Source: Bilabrum cf. latius (Eukaryota). From it: DNA of 64,000 nt. The stretch lies in NCBI GenBank assembly GCA_965178125.1, contig OZ237748.1, positions 806,001 through 870,000 of the forward strand, in the 5' to 3' direction. The position numbers and the translations under genes were made by a program. Shown one piece after another: positions 26,013-38,678 of the stretch. The notes under the pieces were generated by a model that saw only the letters and a list, made by a program, of their open reading frames with translations, made no database searches and was not told where the DNA came from. Within the stretch, counting starts at the first letter, position 1; each line of letters begins with the position of its first letter.

Positions 26013-29000
26013 TTACTCACCTTCACGCCTGGCATGTTTTGTGCGTTCCTGTCCCGCCTGGTGCGTGCCATCTGCTGCCAGTTCCTCCGGCCGCCTGCGC
26101 TTGGATCCAAGGGCCATTGCTTTCTCTGGGTCCTCCGTCGATGGTGGAGCTCCACGGCCCCCACCAGTGGTCGCACCGTTGGCCGGGCGAGACGGAAGGT
26201 GTGCGGGCGAGTGGTTGGACACTCCAGAAGACACGCTCCACCTGCTGCCTCCCCTGTCAACTGCCCTCCCGGTCTCTCCGTCGACTGCCCTGCCTGTTCT
26301 GATGCCATCCGTCTGCGGCGATTGGTGCTCCATCGCGTCCCAATCCGTTGTGCTACCAGTCAGGCGGGAGATTCCAACAGTTGTCCTAACCTAAAGCTTT
26401 GAGTTCGATGCCACAGATGACCCGGACGGAACCTCCAGTGCTGTTGGCGAAGTTCCAGGCATGCTTCCGGTGCTGTTGATGCTGCTTGAAGCTCCGAGGA
26501 TTGAGGATGCCAGCGGCGATCCAGTGACAGTGTCAGCGACTGTTTGTTGCTGCTGTTCCTGTGCAGCACGCCCAGCAGTAGCGGATCCACTGAAACTGCC
26601 TTGTTGAACCCGATGGCTCCGCGTGATCGAGTCAGGCTGTGCAGAACCCCGGTCTGCAGCTGGCCGACGACTAGTCGCTCGGTCTGCTTGTCCATCGAGC
26701 GCACTGTCGCCGTACGTGGCATCGATGAGGGCATAGAGCGCCTACCCACGTGGGTGATCATCGCCGCGTGATCCACGGCCGGATCGCCTGGCGCTACGGA
26801 GCTGAATTCCAGTGGTTGCTTGGCGCTCTCTGACCTTGCTACCAACCGTGGCAGCAGCACGAGTGCCATCATTCGTCGGCTGGGCGTGTACCCTGTCAGG
26901 GTCCGGACTTTCATTCGATTGCCCGCCTGCACTTGGACCTACATGTGCTTCTGATCCTCCCCTGGCAACTGACATGCGCCGGACTCTTGCTACGGCCGCG
27001 TTCGACAGCACGGCAGCGCTGCCCCCTTGCAATGCTCGGTGGTCACGGTGGTCCCCCATCCCCCGCTTTCCCGCTGTCGATGCCGGAATCCCGACATCGA
27101 TCCGATGCGCACTCGTCACACCGGCCATTGCGTCATCGCCCAGCTCGCTGTTGGTGCCTCCTGCTGGCGTGTTCTCCAACTCCGTGTCCACCGGTCCGCC
27201 GATTGCCGCCAACCCAGGGATCCGACTGCTGGCAGACTCGGCTGCTCTTCCGGCGGCCTCCATTTCACGGACCCTATTCTGATTGTTCGATGGTAGTGAT
27301 GATGATGACGAGGACAAATCGGATGCCAATAGGCCGGCGTGTGACGAGTGCCCCCCGCGATGTTCCTACGTCAGCCCAATGCCACCTGCAGCGGAATCGC
27401 CGGCACCGTCAGTACCAGAGTCAAGCACCTCCGCTCCATCGCCAATCCCAAGCATTCCAGACGGGGAGGATGGGCGACTCGTGTACAGATCCGCTGCACC
27501 GCTGGCCAGAGATTTGCCTGATGCAGCGGATCGTACGGACCGCATGGATGCCATCCAGGCGTTGGTTGATCGCCCCAGCATTTGCACCGTTCCTGCTGCA
27601 GTGCGCATTGCCCCATGTCCATGCTGGCCAAGGCTAGGGGGTGGTTCAGATCCCGATGCATGGCCGCGACGAGAAGCTGCCGATGACGCGTGGGATGTTG
27701 CTGCGTTCGTCACACCCAGAGACGTATTTGTTGCACTCGTCACACTGTCTCCCACCTCTACCGAATCCTGGCGGACCTGCGCCGTGCCTGGTGCAAGCAG
27801 GCCTACACCACCATTCTGGGCATCCTCGACTCGAGGCCGCAAAGGGGCAGGCTGCAAGCCTCTCGGTAGATGCACGATGCCGGACGGCTCTTGCTCTTGC
27901 CCTCGTCTGCTCCGGTCCGCAGCTGACAGTGTGGAAGCCGTCTCTCCAACTGGTGGGCTAATGGCCACCTGAGATTCAGCTTCGCCTTGCACCGACCCCG
28001 AGCCTATGCCTGTCACTAGACCCATACTTGCTGGTAAGCCTGACATCCGGGTCAAGCCGCTTTGGCCACCATCGCTAATCACACTTGCTGCAAGCTCGCT
28101 GGCAGGTGCTGATAGGTCACCTGCAGATAGAACATGTTGTCCCGGCTGCCTGAAGGGGACCATCTGGGCGTTGCGGGGCAGTTCTTCGGAAGAGGACGAC
28201 GAGGACGAATGGCCACACGATGGGGGTTGCGATGAGGGCCCACACTCGCTTGCACTCGTCACACTGCCGTTGACCGGCTATGCGATGCTGTGCTTGGTGA
28301 TCTCGCGGTCCGCAGCACCGGATCCAATGTCGTTGGTTAGACCCGCAATGGCTCGAGTGCCCTAATTGCCTTGACTGGCTCGAGTCTCCTGGTCCAGGTC
28401 TCGCAGTGCCCCCCCAAGAAACTCATCGGCTGACCCGTCCTACACCTGCAGGTAGGAAGCGGATCTCGCACGTCCGCCACGAGCGTCCTAGGTGGGCCCG
28501 TAGAACCCTGACATGGTGCTGCTGCGACCGACCGGATCGGTTCGCCCAGCCAGGACGTGCAAACCGCTGGCCGAACCATGAAATCCACCCGTAGCTTGCA
28601 TGGCATGTGCGCCATTCTGAGCATCCTCCATGAAATCGACATGATCGGCCCCAAATTCGATGCCCTATGCGATTCCACTGCCACTACCACTGCCACTGCC
28701 CCTGCCCCTGCCACTGCCACTGCCACTGCCACTGCCATCTCCCAGGCCTTGTAATTCAGATGACTGATAGTCATGTGACGAGTGCATCAGGTCGGTCGAT
28801 CGCTCCTCCTAGTACGACTGCACCCCGCCCTATGCTACTTCGTCTGCGCCCTATCCTGGTCCGAAGCGGCCCCTGCCCCTGCCTCTGCCTCTGCCCCTGC
28901 CCTCTGAGGCTAGGCCTAGAGTTGCGCCTGCATTCGTCGATGCGATTGGTTGCCCCCACATGCCATTCGCTGGCGCCTCCGGCATCGCTTCATCAGTCGC

Positions 29001-31329
29001 AGGCATGTCTTCTTTGGCTTGACGAGTGCCGTGTACCAAGCTGGACGCTGGCGTCCCGTACGCGACAGCTTCAGTCTCTATGACAGGTGCGAGTCCCACA
29101 CCGCTCGCAAGCCGCATCAACTCCGCGTCACCCGAGGCAGAAAGTGCGCCCCTGCTCCGGCTGCTTCCCCAGCCGATTCCACCATTCGTGCTGCCCTCTC
29201 CGCCGCCTCTATCGTGATTCACATGCTGGTCCGTAGGGCTGTTGCCGCGGCTCCCAACAGGGGTGCTTAGCTGGCTAGACGGGTTGGTCATCTCAGCGTG
29301 TGACGAGTATGCCACCGATGGATACGCCGCTAAGAAGGGGGCCTCCCCAGATGCCGCGATGCTGCGTTCACTGACCTGCCACCGCTGCTGCTGCTGCTGC
29401 TGCTCCTGCTGCTGCTGCTGCTCCTAGAGCGCGCTACTGGACTGCTCAGCTTGCGAACGTGCGCTTCCATTAGACTGCAGCAGCGTTGGGAATGAGGGCA
29501 GACCAGCAGAACGCAAAGAAGCCACACGGGTCCCACTGGATGCTGACGCGGAGGAAGGGAGTGTGGATACTTGCAGAGCACCCGATGGAGAGGAGATGTT
29601 TTTGCTGTCATTATACCCATCGTTTTCAGCCTGGCCGGATCCAGGCACGCTGCCGATGCTCTATGATCTGCGGCGGGACTCCCAATCGAATGAAGGAGGC
29701 ACTGCGGGCGCCCCGCTGCGCAGCTCAATATCGCCCAACACGCTTGCTGAATAGGTCCTGTCTTGTAGCGCATCTGCACTTGACTATGGGACACGTTCGC
29801 TACCATGTAATGCGCCTGCTCTTGTGCCCTGCCGGCGTGGTCGTTTCGAAGCGCCGCTCCAGTGTTGGTCATTGGATTCCGTTTCTTCATTCGTCGTACC
29901 CGCCGTGTCACCGCTTTCATCAATTGCGGTAGCCTCGTGCTAGGAGATACTGCCCCTGCCTCTGCCCCTGCCTCTGCCTCTGCCTCTGCCCCTGCCTCTG
30001 CCCCTGCCCCTGCCCCTGCCCCTGCCCCTGCCCCTGCCCCTGCCCCTGCCTCTGCCCCTGCCCCTGACACTGCCACTACCTGCCCCTGTGTCCGTATTAT
30101 CACTAGCAATGTCAACGTTTGCAGTGGTGATCGATCGTCTGATTCGGCGCCTTCTTGACTTGCGTAGTCCCCCGCGGGAGCTCACTACATCCTCCCCCTC
30201 CTCCTCGTCCTCCTCGTCCTCCCCATCCTAGCTCCCGTCTTGCTGCTTCAGCCAGGCGATGGCAACGGCCAGGTCCGGCCTGTCCTGTAGAAGCCTTCTA
30301 GAGGATGGACAGGGCACGTTATCTTGCAATGCTCCTGACGCAGATGCAGAGATACGTGATGCCGACGAAGACGATGATGACGAGGTATTTGACGAGGAGG
30401 AGGCTCCTTCGTGAGTATCACCCGCACTCTCCTCACCGTATCCGAGCATCTATTGAATCACTCCAGGCACCTCCGCCCCCGTCAAGAAACACGTGATCAG
30501 CACAGACATGACATCCGCGCTGAAGTTGAACACCCGCGCCCTGCCGGCATTGAGCAGCAGACGAGCGCAGTCCAGGCTCAGTGCAGCCATCAGAGGCAAC
30601 GGGTGTCTCATCAGAGGCCTATCGAAGGACACGCTATCCTCAACGCGGTACGAGACAACTTTCTCAAATCGTTCTTTTGCAGCGCATGAAACGCCGATGA
30701 ACTTCTTGCCCTCGTTCCTGTGCGCGTCCGAGAAATCGGTGCTATGGGCCTCTGGTGGGCCACCACCGTCACCCTCTTCGTCGCTCCGGTTTTCGGAAGG
30801 AGGGCCAGCGCCTGCAGGCTCGCTGGATTCGCCCGCCTACCGACGTGTCAAACTTGCAGATTTTCCCGACATCGATCGTCGTGCCGAGCCCGGTGACTTC
30901 CCCCCCTTTCTGGCTTCCCTTGGCTCCCTGGTCTTGTCGTGCTTGAATCCAACGGGCCTCTTCCGGCAAGCAATTTTGGGCCTGTCAGGCTCGTCTGGGA
31001 CCAGGCCCAGGAGAATATGTCGGCACTTTTCCGGTGTTTTCCCAGACCTTGTGGATGTCAGCAGGAGACAGAGAGCGGCGTACAGGAATAGATTGCCGCG
31101 CACTGCCGTTGCTGACCGAATGAGCCCTTCGTTACCGTCGCACAAGTCGGCAATAGCATCACTGACAGTAGGTGGGGGGTACTGATGGGCTATTGGACCG
31201 AACATGTTTCCAAAGAATGGCTACAGAGGACTGTCTGGCACGGGCAGGGCTCGATGGTCGTCGCGATTGTCCAGTTGGTTGCAAAGAAGAACAAGATGCT
31301 AACGAAGAACTCTGAACCTTTGCTCTCTC
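26013..31329 (-). CDS. Hypothetical protein, tandem family copy B (terminal exon, 1772 codons including stop, about 20 in-frame TAG); RG repeats and poly-Q
   Basis: Continuous frame from acceptor at 31330 to TAA 26013-26015 with no internal TGA or TAA. It joins nine fragments of the ORF track in one frame and is homologous to copies A and C. Confidence 0.8.
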
Positions 31330-32370
31330 CTGCGATTCAAGCCCTATCAATGAATATAACAACAATAAACAAATAATTGTCAAGGTAGACCGGTAAATCG
31401 TATGGCTACGTGCCTTCTTGACTCACTATTCCCGTTGATCGTCCAACTTTGGATGGTGCGCAGCTTTACGCGGCATGCTTCCGACGATTTAGATCGGCAT
31501 ATAAATGAATAACAAGTATCTTTATTCCAAAGAGAAACGATGCAGCCACGTGAACCTGATGTATCACCAGATGCTGGAGGCGCCAATAGACCGGTCTACG
31601 AGCTTGGGTGGAGAATGAATGGCTCCGGATTGTCTGAAGACGCTTCTCGCGAAACGCCCTTGCGTACAAATAAGTAGCAGATTTGCATAGACCTCTGGGT
31701 CCAAATAACAATTAAAATATCCGCTATCGCTGAGCAGTACGATTTCTCTAAAACACTGTGTAAACAGCGCGTTATACTCCGAAATGGCAACGTGACCCAT
31801 CTGTAGGGTGTACTGCAAGAGGGAGCCAGAACAAACTGCAGGAAAGAATGTCCACTGTTTGAAGTGTTGCATGTATCATTGGTGGCATCTACTGCTTGAA
31901 GGCCGGTCACACATCCTTTCTTTGCAGCATTTATTGGGTATTCTGTGTATGGGTGAAGATAGCGTGTATGCCAAGAATTGCCCACAAGAAAATATCAGCT
32001 TGTGCAGTTTGCGAACCAGTTACCCCTAACGTGGTCAGATTGAGTTTTAATCATTCAGTGAGCCAATCGATGGAAGCGGCTAGGTCCTTGGCTCTAAGTG
32101 CACCGCCGCGTAACTCAGTCTCCGCTGTGGAGGGCAGGAATAGCATTGACATGTCCGTGTGAATCAGGGCCGCACAGGGTGACCCGGTGTCCCCCCAAGA
32201 TACGGGTACTACACAACTTAGTTAGGCTACTGGACAGCACGGCTCGGTTGATGGTGTTTACCCGTGTCACGCAGCAATCTGAATTTCTGGTCGATGGTTG
32301 ATCACCTCTGCTCATGTGTGGACTGGTCGTCGAACAGCTACATGGTTCTGCATCAGTGTTCAAGATTTTA

Positions 32371-35300
32371 TTAATCGACAGCACGTCTCAAAACCCTGGC
32401 CCGGACTCGACGACTACCACTTGTCCTCGCATCATCTAGCCTCGCGCGCTTGGACCCGACCTCCGCCAAAGCCCCAGCTTGTGAGTACTTGCCAGCGACC
32501 ACAGGTGGTTGAGCCCCAGCTGCACTACCATCAATTGGGCCTCCAGCTGAACGAGACGGATCGTGTGCGGGCGAGTGGCTGGACACTCCAGAAGACACGC
32601 TCCACCTGCTGCCTCCCCTGTCAACTGCCCTCCCGGTCTCTCCGTCGCCAGCCCTGCCGGTCTCAATTTCATCAGCATGCGACTGCTGCTGCTTAAAAGT
32701 GTCCCAAATCGATGCGCCCTAGGGCTCGCTCCGCACCCTCGACTTGTCAACCGACTTGTCAACCGACTTGTCAACCGACTTGTCAACCGATGGATGTTCC
32801 TTCTCGTGTGGAGAACTGCGGGGCCCGCTGCCATTGAAACCAGCGCCCGTGCTCGTGTTGCTGCTGCTTGAAGCTACCACCACGGCTGGTGATGGCGAAA
32901 ATGATAGTACATTGGTGCCCGAAGCTACTTGCTGCTGCTGATGACGGTGCGGCGGATGTGCTTCCTGCCTCTCTGAGCTTGTATTGTTACTGGCTGCTGC
33001 TGCATCTCGCTGCATACGGCTAGTGCCAGTACCATTTTCGCCGGGACTTGTCGATGATAGAAGACCCGGCTGCTCTACTAGACCATCGACCGCTCCATCG
33101 CCGTACTTTCTTTCAAGTAGATCAGATAGCCGCGAGCTACCGGCCCGCTGCCCAGCCCTCAATCCGGATCGGCTGGCTGATCTCAGGGTACCCGTGGATG
33201 GGCTCCGAGTTGAGCCCGCAATGTCCTCGGCTCTGTTCTCCTGATCTTGATCCGCACTCTATCCACGGACTGCTCTTGCTCCTGCGCTCGCACCTGCTCC
33301 TGTTCCTGTTCCTGTTCTTGCCTCTGCCGCGCCACCTGTGCTTGAATGGCCTCCCACAGGGCCATGGGTTTGCTCCTATTCAGAAGCGTCCGCATCCAGG
33401 CCAGTCGCCTCGTCAATAACAGGATCGCCAGGAGCGTCCACCGCCACTGCCCTCGGGCCGTTTGGCCTGCGGAACCTGGCCGCGCCCGGCGTTTTGCCAT
33501 CACCCGTTGCCTTGCGCTGAATCTTGCGGTCGCTCCTTCCCCATTCGCCCGCGGCGAGCGCCGCGAGCCTGACGTCAATCCGCTGCGCACTCGTCACACC
33601 CGACATCGCGTCGTCATGCACGTCGCTGTATGGGCCGCGTTCCGATGTGCTCTCCAGCTCCGTGTCACCCACACCTGCAGTTGCCGCTGCGCTCCTGATG
33701 TGCTTACTTCCAGTGCTGGCAGCGCCAGCACCTGTACTGTTGTTGGCTGCAAATGATAAAGAGGAGGAAGAAGAAGATTGCTATTCGTTCTCGTTGCGGG
33801 GTGCGACGCCGCTGCCCCCATCGGGTCCTGTTGCGCCAGTCCGCGACGAGGATCGGCTCATATACAGCTCTGCCGCGGCGCTGCCTATGGACGTGCCAGA
33901 CTCTGCGGATCGGATGGACCGCATCGATGCCATCCAGGCATTGGTTGATCGCCCCAGCATTTGCACATTTCCTGCTGCAGTGCGCATAGGCCCATGTCCA
34001 TGCTGGCCTGGGCTAGGGGCTGATCCTGATCCTGATCCTGCTCCTGATCCTGCTCCCGGTCCTGGGACTGCTCCCGGTCGTGGTCCTGCTCCTGCTCCTG
34101 GTCCTGCTCCTGGTCCCGGTCCCCACTCGTGCTGGGATGCGGCTGCGCGGCCTGCCGTCATGGGGTTCCTCTTCGTTGTCGATGCTCCTGACCCTGGTCC
34201 TGGTGCTGGTGCTGGTGCATGCCCTGGCGCTGGCCCAGGGCCTGATTCACTCGTCACACCGTCTTGCAGGTCTCCCGTGATTGGGTTGCTTGGGACCTTG
34301 CGGCCGGCGAGAGAGATGGCACTGCCGTGCAATGCAGCCTGACCAGGGGGAGGCTTCAGGCCGCGCGGTGGATTCTGCACTCCCACCGGCGCATGCGTCG
34401 ACCCTGGCGCGGCCTTTGCTTCTGCTCCTTCCCCTGCTCCAGCTCCTGCCCCTGCTCCTGCTCCAGCTCCAGCTCCAGCTCCAGCTCCAGCTCCAGCGCT
34501 GTCTTTGGAGCCTTCGCCCTCCTCACGCGAAGCTGATAGGGTCCCTTGAGCAAAGCACTCTTGCGCGCTGCTGCGCCTCTCAACCTGGGGTGGCTAGCCC
34601 ACCGCCATCCCGGTAATCCCGGTGATTCCGGTGATGCCGGTCATCCTGGTCAGTCCGCTGAGGCCGCCGGCACTCATCACACTAGCGGCAATTTCGCTCG
34701 GCGGCACAGACATGTCACCCGCTACTCGTACTTCTTCGTGCCGTGGTTGGTGCTATCGGTTGGGGAAGACGAGGTTTTGGGGCAGACCGCCGGATGATGA
34801 CGACGATGAAGATGACGATGATGATGACGACGACCCGTGCTTGGAAGAACCGGAGTCGCTCGCACTCGTCACACTGCCGCTGAGTTGGCTCCCCGCCGCT
34901 GCTTCGAAACCACGGGGGGGTGCATCTCCAACTCCGCGCCTGCCGCCTGCGCCCTCCCCCGCCTCGGCGTTTTCCATCTGCGCCAGCCTCTGCAATCCAC
35001 TCGTCACACTCATTTCCGATCCACCGGTGGATCGAACGCTCTCCGCGCTTCCCATGCGAGGCACTGGCTGCCCTTCCGAGCCGGCGTCGTCATAGTTCGC
35101 GGCTCCGAATGATGCGGGGAACTCACTGCCTAGATCAAGGTTGTGTGACGAGTGAACGCCGTATGACGAGTGCAGCAGGTCCACAGATTCGCCCGAGTAG
35201 GACTCCATGCGGGCCAGGATGCCTTCGCTGCCCCCGCCCACCTCAATCTCGATCCCCGCTGCACCTGCACCTGCACCTGCACCTGCACCTGCACCTGTCC

Positions 35301-37339
35301 TGGCCAGCAACGCGCCACCAGCACCAGCAGTTTCTCTCCCGCCCGCGTTCGCTCCCCACTCGTCACACTACCCGCCGCTGCTGATCTCTGTCGCATCATC
35401 AACTACCATGGAACCAGTAGCGCCTGTGTGACGAGTGCGCGCTGAGTGCCCTCTGCTTCTCCTCCTCGCAGACGGAAACCCGCGCCCAATTCCGCTGCCC
35501 GTGCCCGTGCCCAGACTCCCAACGCCAGGACTGCCACTTTCACCAAAGGTCAGTTCCATCGCGCTTCCACCCCCGGCCGACTGAAAGCTGCCGCTGCTGC
35601 TGCTGCTGCCGCTTCGGCCCCGGCCCAGGCCCCCCATTTCCTCCTCACCTCCCATGCTGAATGATCGGTTTGCGCTGTAGGCACGGCTCCTGCCGTGGCT
35701 GCTGGGCACGCTGGACGGGGGCATGTGAATGCCGTGTGACGAGTGAACGATCGGGTGTGACGAGTGCGGTGTGCCGGCAGTGGTCTCGACCCACACGACC
35801 TTCCCCTTCTTCTTCTCATTCTCCATAATGGCCTGGCTGGACTGCTGCTGGTGCTGCTGCTGCTGCTGATGCCGTAGAATCTGATGGAGCCTCCGAGAGC
35901 GTCTGGTTGACATGTGATGAGTGGATCCAATGTCGTGTCCCTGCCCCTGCCTCATGCCTGGGAGGGGACCGGGCCGCAAGCTGCCGCACTCGTCACGATC
36001 GGGATCCAGGTCCCCTTCCCCGCGGCTTCCCATTTCCCAGGTCGGCATGCCGACGCGGGCTGCATCGCCATGCAATGCATCCCCCGCCTCGGCTGCCGGC
36101 CCAGGTTCGCCATCGTTCGCCATGCCTTGCGCACTCGTCACGCCTGCTGGCACACCCGGTGCACTCGTCACATCCCCTGTGCGCGGCGCGGCGCTTCCCC
36201 TCGGCCTTCCCCTCGGCCTTCCCCTTCCCCTGCCCCTGCCCCTGCCCCTGCCCCTGCCCCTGCCCCGGCCTCGGCCGCTGCCTGTGCCCCTGCCACGCCT
36301 GGCACTTGCACCGCCATCCGCTTCACCTTCCCCTCCTTCTCCCAACCCATCCGGGCCACCGGGTTCCTGGGTCTCCAGCCAGGCAATGGCCAAGGCCAGA
36401 TCAGGGCGCTCCTGCAGCAGCGGGGACGACAGGCCCTGGCCTGCACCACCGTGCGATGCACCGCTGTAGCCCATCATGCCGCGGAGGGCATCAGGCACCT
36501 CCGCCCCCGTCAAGAAACACGTGATCAGCACAGACATGACATCCGCGCTGAAGTTGAACACCCGCGCCCTGCCGGCATTGAGCAGCAGACGAGCGCAGTC
36601 CAGGCTCAGTGCAGCCATCAGCGGCTGCCTGTGTCTCATCATGGGAGACAGGCCAGCGACGTTATCTTCCACCCGATACGCGCCGGTCTTCAGGAACCGC
36701 TTTTCCGCTGTGCACGTGACACCTATGAATTTCTTGCCCTCTACTTGTAGCGCCAGAGCATAGGCTTCCCCTGCCCCTGCCCCTGCCCCTGCCCCTGCCC
36801 CTGCCCCTGCCCCTGCCCCTGCCCCTGCCCCTGCCCCTCTTCGGCTCTTGGTCGCGCTTGATCCAGCCGCCGCACGGGCATGCTTTCCGCGAGTCGTTTC
36901 TCTTGTGGCTGGATCATCGCTTTCTTTTCCGGCGATCTTCACCCTGTCGTGCTTGAATCCCACGGGCCTCTTCCGGCGAGCAATTTTGGGTCTGTCCGGC
37001 TCGTCTGGGACCATGCCAAGGAGGATCTGGTGGCATTTTCCCGGTGTTTTCCCGGATACTCCAGTGGTCACCAAAATACAAAGGGCGGCGTAAAGATACA
37101 GGTTGTCCTTCACCGCAATCGCTGAACGGGTGAGACTGGCGTCGCCGCCGCACAAATCGGTTATGGACCCGCTCCACGAAACGGGGGGATACACGTGCGA
37201 CACAGGGCCATATTCATGCAGAAAATATGGTTGAAGCGGGTTCGCTGGTACTAGTAGAACTTGAATGTCACCGCGATTCTACAATTGATGGCAGAGGAGC
37301 AGGACGTGATGGCGAATCCCACGGAACCTTTGCTCCCTC
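32371..37339 (-). CDS. Hypothetical protein, tandem family copy C (terminal exon, 1656 codons including stop, 8 in-frame TAG)
   Basis: Frame from acceptor at 37340 through the 611-aa ORF and five further in-frame fragments to TAA-TAA (32373-32368). Confidence 0.8.
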
Positions 37340-38678
37340 CTGCGATCGGCTATATGAAGCAATATGTGAGCTGACCATTCGAATTGCGCACTACCGCAAA
37401 TTCATGTCTCGACTTGATCAGTTGATTGGACTTACTGCACTTGTCGCTCGTCCATTTTGGGATCGGCAATGGCACTGTGCCTCGCGACACCGTCAGGCTA
37501 CACTTCCAGGCAGCAAAATAATTGTAAACTCGCAATCAGACGCGTGAACAATTAAATCGCTTGTAGTCGCCAGTTGTTGACGACCGTTGAGTCGTTGTAC
37601 TGAGAATTTGTAGCTACCCCTGGACTATTTGGGTGGAGACTTTATTGCGGCTCCGGATATACACTGCTCGGCGCACCAACATGTTGGTGGCACCAACAAG
37701 AACAGCCGAAGCAACTTCACAATTTTGTACGATCTCCATGCGCGTGTTCGTGGAGCTGAACGCGGGATCGGCTGTTCTCCGAGAGGACAGGATGCCTAGC
37801 GCGACATGTAGCGAACTGGGATGGGGATACTAGCGAAGGCTCCTTGTACAGTACGTACTAGTACCATGGCCATTAAGAGGCAGCATAGCTTCATAGTGGC
37901 TTGGCATAAACACAATAGTGACTGCATTCCCTGCTGACAGGCCGCGCCGTAAGGGAACGCTACCCTTCGCTGGCATTTCCGTTCCCTTCGCATATTTTGG
38001 GTGGAGACTCCGGCAATGACAGGAAAGCATGATTGTCGTTGCTGAAACTCCAGAGCATACATGGTGTGACACTATACGTGCTTGTGCATATTGGTGCTAA
38101 TATTTCGTCCCAGAAAATCATAGATTCGCAGCAGTACAGTGGCAGGTAGCAGCAGCCTTGTTGGGGAGGAGAGCCTGCAGTGATGGTAGGTAGTTTGGCC
38201 TCTGGTGGCGGGTAGCTTTGGCGCCAATCAAGAGTCGACGCCAATACAATTGACCTGGGCATACCAGCTTGGCAGATATACTGCCGCATTTAATACGCGA
38301 TCAGATCGCGTGTTGAAGCTGTGGCACCGGCACGATAGGACCGGGCAGGGCCTTGATTCTAGGCCAGCACGCGGGGCGACAGACGCGGCAGCCGCTTGAG
38401 ACTGCATTTTGCTGGCATGATCTTGCCGTGAGTGCGTGTGGGCTATACCTCGTATCAGAGGGCGGCGTTCGCGACTCATCAATAGGAAGTCGGAGCCTGT
38501 GTGGTTCTTTGCTTCGAAGTGGCGAGAGTCTCTACCTGCAGGCTGCAGCGAATCGCTGGTCGGGTTCGTGAACGTTCGATACATGCCAAGAGCCGAATTT
38601 CGGCTGCCGAAAAAGTATAGACTAATTGAAAAGAAACCCATCCTTCAATAGCACCTATATTCCGGAATTTGTTATACA

